A stretch of 64,000 nt of DNA from Sphagnum compactum (Eukaryota), in NCBI GenBank assembly GCA_965153455.1, contig OZ234493.1, positions 3,100,001 to 3,164,000 of the forward strand, in the 5' to 3' direction. This document shows, one piece after another, positions 52,179-64,000 of the stretch. How positions within the stretch are numbered: the stretch's first letter is position 1; each line of letters opens with the position of its first letter. A program made the translations under genes and the position numbers. The notes beneath the pieces are model-generated. The model searched no databases. It was given only the letters and a program-made list of their open reading frames with translations, and was not told the origin of the DNA.

Positions 52179-53508
52179 TTCACATAATTTGAACAAAGGA
52201 AAAAAACCAAAACAAAAAAAATGATCAACCTTGGACCTTGGTTTACACTTTGGTTATCCAAACCATGAACTCCCTTTAAGCTCTTTTTTGTGGTCTAAAC
52301 CAGTTGGTTTTCCCTCCAAAATGCTGCCATGTAAGCTACCTCACAATTTGATTTGTTTTGGTCCTAGATCTTTGGGTGTTGGCATGGTTGGGTGGACCAA
52401 TTTGGGCATCACAGGGGTACTTTTTCTGCAGTGGGTCTGATTACAAGTGTTATATCTTTTTACATATGTTGGGTTTGGTTAATACGGACTCATTTTCAAA
52501 TAATAGACTTTAATATTTAAATGGTGTAATTTTTTATAATGCAAAAAACATAAAATCCTAAGAGCTATGGACTTTTGAAATTGAAAAATTGGTGTATAGT
52601 ACCAACTACAATTGGGCTAATGGACTTTAATTTGATTCAATGATGGATTTAGAACTTGTTTAAGGAATTGGTTTCAAGGTGAAAATGTATTAATAAAAAC
52701 AATGCAAAAGAGTTTTGCATCATATGAATTGAAGGTATTACATTATGGACTTTTGAATGTTGAAAAACAACACCCTATTTTTATAAGTTCATATCATTTA
52801 AAAACAAAGGTGTTTTGAGTTTAAATTTTGCAAACTTGTATAAATCACTAACTTCTACAATGCACAAATCACATATGGAAAAAAATTGCTAGGAATGGAT
52901 AGATATCAATTTGTCATCATCATGTGTCAACACTATGCACATTATAAATCTTGCAAAATGGACTTTGGGCCAAGTTTTTTTTTTGTCGAATTTTGGTCCA
53001 CCCAACCATGTCAAGACCTTTTTGTTTAAAGGCCTTGGGATTAATTTAAAATTCTTGACCAATAGGAATGTTCAATTTCATTGGACCCTTGTCTAAAATG
53101 GCCCTAAGTCTCAAGGAAAGCAAGTCAAATTGAAAGTAATTATCAATATGTTTATACACATAAAATCAACTCCTTGAAAATAATAAAAGACAAAATCATA
53201 AAAAAGGAGTGCAATAATTGTTTACAAGATTAATGATCTATTTTCAATGAAATTAAAATGAATAATTTCACCTTACAAATGGTATATTACATTTAAAATT
53301 ATGAATTTAGGACAACTTAGTTTTCAAAGGCCAAAATCCCTTCAAGTTATTGTATTCTATAATGATTCTCAACATAATAACCTTGAATTGGTAACTAGAA
53401 TCAATAGCTGATTTATTATTCATGTAAGACAATTGCATTGACATTTTGAATAGCATGTAGCTTCCATGGTTCTTGCCCCCCCTCACCCCCACCCCCACCA
53501 CCACATCA

Positions 53509-54028
53509 TCTATTTATGAAACAAGGTAATTTGTTTTGTTTATCACATTGAAATCTCCCAAATCATGGCATTTAATGTTGCGCTCTTAGTATCTTCAGAC
53601 CCAAAGCAAGAACCATCGGGCGATTGTTTAATCTTGATGAATAAGGGTGCATCATTTAGTTTAAGATTTTTTGGAATTACGATGTGGAAACTATTTATTA
53701 TTGAACCATTTTTCCAATCAAAATTAAATTGAAATTGAAACCTTTATTGGAATTTGGGGGCATTCTTGGCGTTGTTGAAAAGCCCTCAATGAGTTAGATT
53801 TAATAAAGTTTATTTCACAATTTTTAGAGCTAACATGTGGAAGATATTGGTTTTTGAATGAATTTTGTTGCCACAAATTCAAACAAATTGCAAAAATTGG
53901 GTTTGGAAGGAAAAATCAGTTGAGCCTTCAATGTGTTCACATTACCGAATTTAGAATTTTCCAATTTTGAAAATGTGAAAAATAAAAAATATGTTCACAT
54001 TTGGGCTAACAACACATATTACATTAGT
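53509..54028 (+). mobile_element. Second copy of the probable non-autonomous Helitron repeat
   Basis: A|TCTATTTATGAAACAAGG ... CACATATTACATTAG|T, colinear with the copy at 32665. Confidence 0.5.
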
Positions 54029-56053
54029 AACCTTTAAAGGACACCCACATTCCCCTTGGTGATTGGTTTACAAGATGACTATAACAATAGTTGAATCAAT
54101 GACATTTGTTAGGTTTTAATTAAACAATGTTGATTTTCTATAAGTTTTACTTTGGGTTGGAACCCAATTATATGTGAAGGAAGTTTTAATTATTTTATGT
54201 GTTGTGGGCCATTATCCCCAAGGTGTGGTTTTGGAGTCTCATTTTTCATGTTATGAAATTCCAAAGCACATAGGGAAAACATGAGACTTGGTTAGCACCA
54301 AGGTTTGTTGGTTTGTGTTTTGTTTTAAACTTGGATTTTTGCATTTTGTAAGTGAGTTTTAACAAATTTGTGATGTAACATGCATGTCATGTAACAACTC
54401 ACAAAATGCAACATCTATATTGGATGTTCAAAGGATAGCATATGGGTTGTTTCACACCACCATTTGCAAAGGTTTTAGTAGGACATTGGGTGTGTCCACT
54501 GTGGATGATTTGGGGAAGATTGTAACTTTATTAAACGTATAGGACTACAATAGGTGATTAACGATGGGGCTCACATTGCATTCAACCTAGCAATTTCATA
54601 ATGTTTGGAACCAAATTACTTTTCATTAATTATCATATTATATTATGTTTTATTATCGTGTAGATTTGACTATTTGGTGTAAGAGGACCTTTACCCCAAC
54701 TAGATTAGCAATTTGTGTATATATTTTCATGTATGATTTTGTTAGTTTTGATAGTGTTGGGTTTTAATAACACATTTTAATCTAATAACACATGACACAT
54801 TGCAATTACATGTAATATGGCTCAATGGTAAATTGTTCATTCACAAGTCCTCATAAGGTGGCCATGTTTAATTCACATTGGGTTAATGCTTAATGTTCAC
54901 ATATGGTATATATTTTATGTGTGCCAAAACTTGCTATTTATTCATTTCTATACGATTTATTATCAAATATCATTTGGAATTGAGTTTTGAACATTAAATT
55001 GTTCAATTGTTAAATCGAATGAAAATGTAATATGGCAATGTTTTCATGATGAATTTTTTGAAAAACAAATCTAGAACGTGCACATTCTTCCTTGTTCACA
55101 ATGATTCAATTGTTTTACAATCAAAAGTGATTCAAAATGAATTTACAATAAAAATTGGTTGTTGTGCATTTACATATGTGTTACAAGATGATATATATGG
55201 TTTTATGCTTAGTTATTCAAGATAAAACCTCCAACAATTAAACATTATATAATTGTTCAAAGAAAATATAAAGCAATTTTGTTTTTATATTAATCAAATA
55301 TGCACAAGTTATTTGTTAATAATTCAATTGTACACTTCTATTGATTATACACATTATGAGAAATTGTGTTTGTTGTAATTTGTGTTTGCAACTACTTTGT
55401 AATTGCATTAGATAAGTTGCAATGGACACAAAATGTTTTGTAAATATTTATATTTTGTGACTATTTTTTGATAAAATAAAAAAATTAAGATATTTTTTAG
55501 CATTTGACCAAATATTGAAAAATGATTTGTGATCTAGTTGAGTTTGAAGCAAAATATTGAAAATTGACTTACTAGGTAACACTTCCAATGAGAATTACAT
55601 GAAAAACATATTTCCCTCAGAATTAATGTTTTAACACCCATCAAGACATATATGGTTTGATATCATTTTGATAAAATTTAATACCCTACGTATAACTTTA
55701 GTCTAGACATGTGTTTCATTTAGGTACATTATTTATTTGAAGCAATGTTTTTACAAGTGGTATGCAATTATAAAGTCATACTTTTATTTAAAAAAATATA
55801 ATTTAGAAAACCAATTTTGGCATGACCAAGAATTTATTTTTATTTTTTTAAATAATTTTTTTTGGAATATCTAGAAAATTATCAACCACATCTTAATTAT
55901 CAACGAGTTTTAAATATTTTTAATTAGAAGAGATTTTATTTTTGGAGAAAAAAAAAATCTTTATTGTTTCTTTAAAAAAAATACCAAGTCAAAGAATTAT
56001 TGTATTTTAAGGCAACACTTGAGTAACAAAATGCACTCTAATCCACATTTACT

Positions 56054-56480
56054 GCTAGTGTGAACAGGGGAAAAAGGAAAGCAGTTTATGTGTTATTACA
56101 CCACATGAGGACTTGTTACGGTGTGAAAGGATTCCTGACCTAATACTAGTGTGAACAGGGTTTACAGTGAAGGAGTTATTAGTTATTGCACACATGAGGA
56201 GGTGTCTGGTTCTGTTGCTTTGTGAAAGCATTCCAGACCTAATGCCGGTGTGAACAGGGATCAAAGGAGAGGAGTTAATAGTTATTACACCACATGCGGA
56301 GGTAACTGGTTCTGTTACTGTGGGAAAGTATTCCAAGATTCCAGACTTAGTGCTAGTGTGAACAGGGGTTAAATGAAAGGAGTGAGTAGTAGTTACACCA
56401 AATGAGGAGGTGACTTGGTTCTGCTATTGTGTGAAAGGATCCCAGATTTTCGCCGGTGTGAACAGGATCAAATGAGAACC
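56054..56480. repeat. ~100 bp diverged tandem repeat (4+ units) upstream of the cyclin gene
   Basis: C(T/C)(A/G)GTGTGAACAGG appears five times (~56055, 56146, 56245, 56353, 56453). Full units also carry CA(C/A)ATG.GGA and GTG(T/G)GAAAG. Confidence 0.88.
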
Positions 56481-56710
56481 CGTTTGTCGCGTTCTTGGGA
56501 CCCACCCCGTCGTCTCTTTCTCTCTCTCGCGCGCGCTCTCTCTTCTCTCTCTCTCTCTTCTCTTCTGCACTCATGACTTGCGCTTCTTCTTCGCCGCCAC
56601 TACAATCCATGAGCGCCCCAGGTTTGAATTACATTTCTGGCAAGTGGAATAGAGGTAGAGAGTAGAGTAGAGTAGAAGAATGCTCAAATTTCTTGCCTTC
56701 AAAATTTCCA

Positions 56711-56865
56711 GCTCAATAATAATAGCTTCAGGATTTGAAATTCTTCTGTAAGTCAAGCGTTCCTTCAGTACATCACCTTTTTTTTTTCCTCCCTTTGTTT
56801 TTTGGTCGATGTAAATTTGAGCAGCTGCAAAAGAAAATTCTTTTTCTTCCGATATGATATTCATG

Positions 56866-56897
<32 letters not shown>

Positions 56898-57110
56898 TTC
56901 TTCTTCTTCTCTCAAGCTCAATAATAATAGCTTCAGGATTTGAAATTCTGTAAGTTAAGCATTAGTTAGTTCCTCAGCTTTTTTTTTCTTTGGTTTTTCT
57001 CCCCCCTGCAAGTGTCTTGTTGCTGCTTTGTTTTCCGTTGATGTAATTTGAGCAGCTGCAGAGTGTTTTCTTTCCTTCGAATAACGTATTCATGTCATCA
57101 TCTTCTTCTT
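56711..57110. repeat. Two-copy ~200 bp duplication in the cyclin 5' leader/intron
   Basis: AGCTCAATAATAATAGCTTCAGGATTTGAAATTCT...TTTGAGCAGCTGCA...TATTCATGTCATCATC occurs twice. Confidence 0.85.
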
Positions 57111-57470
57111 CTTTTTCTGCTTGTTCGTGTTCTTACTATTGGGGCCGGTCTTTTTCTATCAATTTTTGCTTGAAGGTTCTGACTCCTGTTTTGTGATATA
57201 ATAAGAAGAAGGTGATCCTGTGGAGATTTATGTATATATCTATGGGGGAATTTTGTCGTCTGCTTGTGAGGAGTAAATATGTTGGAGAAGCTTTCTTCTT
57301 GAAACCGGGGAGCTGTTATTATGATAATAATAATTCTGCAGAGGTTGTCGTTGAGTGGCTAGAAGCAGGGGGCTAGAAACAAGGGGCAAAAACCTTAATG
57401 GAAACATAATAATAACTACTGGAAGAAAGAGAGAGAGAGCGAGAGACAGATACATATAATATTGCACAGG

Positions 57471-60400
57471 ATGTGTGTTAGAGATCCGATTATTCGACGG
57501 AAAGGACAAAAGGCGCCTGCGAGGAAATCGCATGTGATGAAGGCGGAGAAAGAGTGGAATACAGACTGCTACAGCAACAAGAGCAGCAGCAGCAGTAGGA
57601 AGAGACAAATTATGTCGCTCTTGAAAGAGAAGGAGACGACTACTCGGAGTGAGAAGGATGCGGCGGATAATAAGAGGATGCAGTTGGAGATGAAGAAAAA
57701 TGCTGTAGATTCTTCTTCTTCTGCAATGCTCATGGTGACGAGGGATTTGATGTGTGCGGAAGTTGTTGTTGAAGAGCAGCAGATTCACATTCATCAAATC
57801 CAGAAGAATTGTTGCAATAATAATGAGAAAGAAGAAGAGAGAACAGAAGAAGATCAATCTGCAGTGTTGTTAAGAGATTTGATGTGCGGGGAAGTCCTGC
57901 AGTGGCCTACTGAAATTCATAATGGCCGTACTGAATCCTTAAGATTCTGTACAACCATGCTGCCATTTGATGATTACACGAAAACAACAGCAAATTCCAC
58001 CAGCAGCAGATGCAGCAACATCCTCCTTTCCGGCCAGCAGCAGCACCAGGATGAGGAGGAGGGGAAGTGGCTACTTGATCCTGTGAAGAATCAAGTTAGA
58101 GAGAACTTTGAAGAAGCCATGGGAGTGTTGTTGGAGAGAGAAGGTCTGATCTATTACAAGCTCTCCAAAGTCTATCTTCAGAGCCTCAAGGCCAGCTGCA
58201 AAATAGCAGCAGCAGCAGCAACAGAAGACTCGTCATCTTGTGGATCAATAGAATCCAGTTTGAGCAGCACCCGCAGAAGATCTGTGAACTGGATCTTCAA
58301 GGTAAGTACTACTCACAAAACACACATACAAAGCCAGCTCCCAAGTCCCAATCTTGATTCACAAGAATCTTATTCAAATCTTTGTAAAATCTCTCTAGTA
58401 AAAATTGTAATCAACAATTGCTGCAAGTCTCTCTTTCTTTGTTTAGAAACCTTGAGTTCATCAACTCTATCATCAGCTTGTCAAGCTACCTCGAGACCCA
58501 ACAACACAAAGTCACATATTTTACTCTGACACTGTTGTAACATTACCATCAAAGTGCTGGACATTTTCTTCTCCTTGGAAAGATGACAACATGCAATCAA
58601 CATTGTTTTCTTTTGTCATTTTTGTTTTGGTGTTCAGTAGACAATTTTGTGCCAGAGTTCTTCTTCAGGACTCAGGGTTCTTTATAATAGACTTTTTTTG
58701 TTTTTTGGGGGTGGTGAGGAATTTACAGCTGGTGCGGTTTCTGAAGATGAGCACCATGATAGCAGCACATGCAGTGGCATTCATGGATCGATTTCTTTCT
58801 CAAAGGGTGTTCCTGGTAAGTGCAATTTAGTACTTTGGCCAAGCAAAAAACCCCGTGACAATGTACTGTAAATCTGGCAAACATTTGTGAGTGGCAGCCA
58901 TTGACTGTAGGAGAGGTAAAAGACTTTTTGGAACTTTGGGTGCCTCCAGGCAGAGATGGAGTCAGAAATGCAGCTGGCAGCGACTGCGTGTCTGTGGATT
59001 GCGGCCAAAATGCAGGACAACTGCCCTGTCCTTCTCACTTCTCTTCAGGTGAATCAACACACCAACCCAAGAACATCATGATTCCAGTTTGATAATTGAT
59101 GATGCACAAACCAATCTGTATGTGTGTTGTTCTAAGTCTGACTGCTCTTTTTTCAGATGAGCATGGCACCCCCCCCCCCCCCCCCCCCCCGCATAATGGT
59201 CAATAGCTGATAAAATTCCAGTTGTGGGTGTTTTGGTGGTCAACAGGATGTGGCAGTAATAGCAAGTGTGGAAGAGCAGAGGATATGGGACATGGAGGCA
59301 GTGGTGCTACATGATCTTGAATGGCGAATGGTGGCAGTCACAGTCTCTGACTTTGTTGTCAACATGGTGGCACACCTTGAAGTTTCGTGCAGTCTCCCAC
59401 TACATCTTGTACCCAAAGCCATCCACCGAGCTGATCTCATCATCCATGCTATCTTACCAGGTTTGTTTTCATCAACACATAAAAACTCTAAAACTAAGAA
59501 GGACCATGAGACATTCAAGAGAGAAAGATTTCCGGCTTAGATTCTCTTTTATCAATCTGCACCAATCTGGGTGGTGGTTGATCAGCCCAGGGTGTCATCT
59601 CAATGACCTTTTCTTTTCTTTGAACATCCGCTAGTTATTGTCTGTCACAGTCTTTTGAGTCGTCCTCTGATCTCTCAATATTTTGTGGAAGAGATTCAAC
59701 TACTCATTTTGCTAATGGGGGTACTGACACAAATGAGAGTCAAACGAATTTGTCAATTGAAGTGGAACTCTGTCAAATCAAGCGACCAGAAGATATTAAA
59801 CGAGTTCTCAACCATCACTTGAGGCCCACAAGTTGGAAATTGAAAGTCTCACATGTAAGAGAGTAAAAGAAGATTTGAAAAAACATGATGGAAAGCAAAT
59901 GTGGATTGTGTCACCTCGGGTGCAGAGGTGGAGTTTTTGGACTATGAGCCATCAGTAGTAGGCATTTGTGTGATGCAATGCCTTCTGGACGAAATTGTGC
60001 CCATTCAAGCTGCCTCTCATATCTCATTCATGCGGAGGGCCTTGGCTGTTGACATGGTACTATTTGCATACAATCTATTTATCCAACAAACCTTTTAACT
60101 TGAGAAAATAAAAGTCCTCAATTTCAAAACCACAAAAGTGTTAACAGGCCGACAAGAATGTAATCTAGATAAACCCATATGGCATGAACATATGACTCAA
60201 CATCATGAATCCAAGCCACGTGCTTCTGGGTTTTTGAATGTTCAGCAAAAGTGGGGTGGGTATCTGAAATGTGATGTTAATAGCACACCTAAATATTAAC
60301 TCAAAAACAGAATTTGACATGTTGGTCATTGTCAAATGACAGACAGGTTCTTCTTCTTCTGTTTCAAGTTGTTCTTCTGGGGATTTCCTGACATGTATTT

Positions 60401-60878
60401 CAAATCATCATGTATGCTTGGATACTTTTGACCATGAGTGCATCATGTCCCCAAAACCAAGTTTTGACAAGCTTTAATCTGTTAACGTAGAATGCTACTT
60501 TATAGAGTTTGGCAGTTGCCCATATGAGGATGGATTTGAAATCATTGAAAAAGACATCCAGCAAAGTGTATATCCACAAACCAACAACAGGTATTTCTCA
60601 AGAAAAAGTGCACACAAGGTCAGTTCTTGTAGGATCAACACAAAGGCACATGGATATGGCTCAACCCCCTGGAGTTCTATTCTTCATTGTATGATGTTTC
60701 TCCATGACCTTACTGTATTCAATCGGAGACGTAATCAAGCTTGTTTGATTATGTGTTTCATTTGTCCTCATAGGTTGCAGTACAGCAATGTTATCATTTA
60801 CTGGTGGACATGGTGGTGGATCCTCTCTCCGCCTGCTCCCTCCCATCTCCAAACCGTGTCCTTGATCACAGGTCCTGA
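57471..60878 (+). CDS. CYCD: Divergent D-type cyclin, 6 exons, up to 488 aa (start codon uncertain)
   Basis: Exons 57471-58301, 58729-58815, 58950-59048, 59247-59460, 59926-60056, 60774-60878, in phase. LxCxE twice. Cyclin box RRRSVNWIFK, AVAFMDRFLS, QLAATACLWIAAKMQD, MEAVVLHDLEWRM, FLDYEPSVV, and C-terminal PSPNRVLD. Confidence 0.88.
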
Positions 60879-62499
60879 TCAACAGCTAGCTGATCACGCA
60901 CATACACTGCAAGTGCACAGCCAGAGGAAAACTCTCTCAACAGTTTGGTGAAGGTGCGGTGGTAACTGTCATCATCAGAAAATCATCTCATCTCATCCCC
61001 AATCCTGGTAAGCTTCATTGCATATGTATTACTTGTCAGTTGTATCCACCATCAACTATGTCGTGGAGAATGAGACCACTAAGTTCAAGATCAATGTTCA
61101 TGTCATGTGCTTTACTGACCAAGACCAGAAACTGAAACTGCGGGGTCATAATAGTCTCAGTGAAGAAGCTCTCCATCTCCCCTAAACTTTGTATGTAGAG
61201 TCTACTGTAAATTTCTTGTATATATGTGCAGCAGTAAGTGTCCATACCATTTCAAGAATAGAACAGATGCAGATGTAGATATGAGTTCCTGATGTTTGAG
61301 AGCTTTGAATGGGACACGACACACTACTTTGTACAGGTCTTATAATCACTTTTTGTAACACCATAGATTTGTAGACTGTTGAGCTGCCGCTTGCTTGAAG
61401 GCCTCAAAGAAAAGAAACCACAAGAGAGAGAGGGTCTCAGGAATATCACTGTCCTTTTGCAATACTTGAGTGAGTGAGTGAGTGAGTGAGTGAGTGAGCA
61501 GTATGACAAAACCTTTCTGCTCCTTTGTAATAAGAGAGGATTCTCACATTCAGTCCTTACCAAGCATTTCTGTAGCTGCTTTTTTCTCACTACAGGTTTC
61601 TGCAGATGAGCGATTGATGAAGTTTCTAAAGGCTTCATAAATCTAGAGTCTTCAAACCTTTGGGTAAGTATCGGATGCCAGTAGGTAGGTAATGTGCAAG
61701 TGGTTCCTATGTTAGTAGAAAATCATATATAGAAATCAAAGAACCTCTGGTTTCTGGTTTTCATGAAAATTTTCGGAAGCGAAAGAACCTTTGCTTTCAG
61801 TTTTCTTTTGAAAATGTTCAGAATCAAAGAATCGTCCAGTTCCCATATATACTCAAACACCCTACAAGAACTAATGGTTTACATGAAATACCACACAAAG
61901 AACTAGCATTCTCATAGAGGGTTTCTTCATCTGGTTCTTAGGTCTTTTGAGAACTCTGCAATTATATATCAGAATCAGTTCTTACATTTATTTTTTCAAG
62001 ACCTGCAATTCTATTATCAAAAGGAACATGAGGGTCCTAAATGCAATGGGAGTAGTAGTCCTTTGCTACCATCCTCAAGGGCCCTTCCCTAATTGCCTGT
62101 GGCCTTTGATGTTCCTACACCAATGTCTTCTTTTCTTGCCTAACATGTCTTCATATTTAGAACATGTCTTCATAAACTATCCAATCAAACATGTAACACA
62201 ATGTTTATTTCTCATTGTTTAAATTCGTAAATTAAATTGACATTGAATAATTTTTTTGGATGAACTTGCATTTGTATGTTTTTTCTAATGTATTATGATA
62301 ACATTTTTTAAAGTTTGAAATGAATCAAATGAATATGGAGTATGCAAAATCAATTTGATGCAGTGTAACATGTGTTTTCACGACTTAATGGATTCTTTAA
62401 GGTCGTTGATTGTTTTCAATGACATGTTTATGATATAATATAATAACCTTTTGGATCATAGATTTTTTTTAAAAAAATTATGTTAACATATAATTCATG

Positions 62500-63620
62500 A
62501 TTTAAAAAAAATTGTATTTGGCCATATCATTTTGATTAAACTACTCATTCCTTTTAAGGACTAAGTCATATGGGTGAATTTGTTTCATTTTAGCAAAAAT
62601 GCACCTAGGGATGAATGTATAGATTGAAATTGCATGCTCTCATGGTGGTGGTAATTCCTAGATTTACAAAGACAACCAAAGCATGCACGAAAAAAATCAA
62701 TTTATTGTTCAAACAACACAAAATCCACAAATTGGCAAATGTTAAATCAAAGGAAGACATATAATTTACATACCAATGACACATAATTGTTTCAATAAGA
62801 AATCAACCTTGAATTGATTTCACAAAAATAACCAACTTCAAGAACAACATCACAATCTACATTTAGAAGTGGCAAGAAAAGTTTTCCTAATCGAGCAATT
62901 GGTATGTTCACCAAAATGGTGGAAAAATAGTTGCATCATGGTGAAAAATTGTGTGAAAACCAAGATTTTATTGAAAGAGTTGACCACAAAATGGATTAAC
63001 CCACAAATAAATTATAGACATGATACCTATTTTGATTTAAAAGTAAATGATGTAATAAAAAAGAACATTTTTACCTTCCCATTCAATTTTATTGCACAAA
63101 ATGAGTTTGCTAATAACTTATGAACTTGTGTGACTTCCAACACCTTTTTAATTATAATTTTTTTGGTTTTTCTATGATTCTAACACCCTTTCAATTATCT
63201 CGTCTTCAACAATTGTCTCCTCATTGTTTTCATCTTCAACTTTTACTTGGTACAAATGCCTTCAAAGTGTTGTCAATGACAAATTTTGTTGATAGTTTGT
63301 TCTTCCACATGAAACATGTCATTGTGTTGAAAATTTCCAAGGAAATGTGTTGGTTTCTTCTTACATTACATGTTCAACTTCTTTTACCCAAGTTCCATGT
63401 GAAAGTTATCTCCATGAATAATGTAAAAATTATGAAAATAAATGTAAATTATAATCACATATGATAAATTTTGTAATGACATGTTAACTCTTTTCAATAT
63501 AATCTCCCTTGGCCTTTCAAAAATTCACATTTGTTGAATTCACAAACGTTAAACAAACTAATAGAGGAGTTGAAAACTTCATATTAAAACATTTGAAGTG
63601 CTCCATGAATATTGGACTAT
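62500..63620. mobile_element. Second, more decayed PIF/Harbinger relic (Myb-like fragment on +, transposase C-terminus on -)
   Basis: + strand LKLHALMVVVIPRFTKTTKACTKKINLLFKQHKIHKLAN (~62625-62745) parallels the relic at 50221-50440. - strand LKGQ/EIILKRVNMSLQNLSYVIIIYIYFHNFYIIHGDNF (~63400-63520) parallels the transposase end at ~49410-49530. Confidence 0.55.
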
Positions 63621-64000
63621 TCTCTAAAACAAAGAAAAAAAAAAATATTTATATGTGATTCATTGATGTCGAATGGGGAGAACACTTACATAAACAAAAG
63701 TCAAATGAATTGTTCGTTCGAAGCTTAGTAAAAAAAAAACAAAATCTTCTTGACTTCTTTTTAATAGAAATCACATACAAGGCTATGATGGAAGCAACCA
63801 AAATGGCTATTTAGATTTAGGATTCATTGATTTCTTCCCTCTATCCATTAAGGTTTGAAGAGAAGGGGTGTTAAATGAAGGATTTTCATTCCCCTAATGA
63901 ATGATTTTGGGATTAGTTTAAAAGGTTTGAGATTAATTATATGTTAATTATTTCTTATGTTTTGATTTTGATTTTTAAGTAGGCTCTCCTTCTTTGGTGA

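Noticed and set aside
56054-56480. CRISPR array (constant GTGTGAACAGG with variable spacers)
   Set aside because: The apparent spacers are homologous to one another, so this is a diverged tandem repeat.
60342-60477. Alternative final cyclin exon (TGSSSSVSS...FDKL*)
   Set aside because: The exon at 60774-60878 carries the CYCD-typical CY.L...SP..VLD and fits better. Alternative splicing is not excluded.

Overview
AT-rich eukaryotic nuclear DNA from a land plant. A bryophyte such as a peat moss is my impression, not provable from this window. Four spliced or intact host genes can be reconstructed by hand: (1) a zinc-ribbon + RING-H2 E3 ligase (+, 23512-24927); (2) a 12-exon kinesin-4-like motor (-, 26051-30553); (3) a 6-exon tonoplast sugar transporter (-, 33873-38124); (4) a 6-exon divergent D-type cyclin with two LxCxE motifs (+, 57471-60878). 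Much of the rest is decayed, nested DNA transposons: a ~11.8 kb Mutator-like element (MULE) carrying an accessory C2H2 zinc-finger relic, a palindrome array and phased GTATTGCA motifs, with a non-autonomous CACTA inserted in its transposase; a CACTA Tnp2 relic; a PIF1 helicase + endonuclease (Helentron-like) relic; and two PIF/Harbinger relics. The best candidate for an undescribed system is the MULE's accessory zinc finger plus its self-contained motif arrays, which parallels VANDAL/VANC anti-silencing. All models were read by eye and no searches were run.
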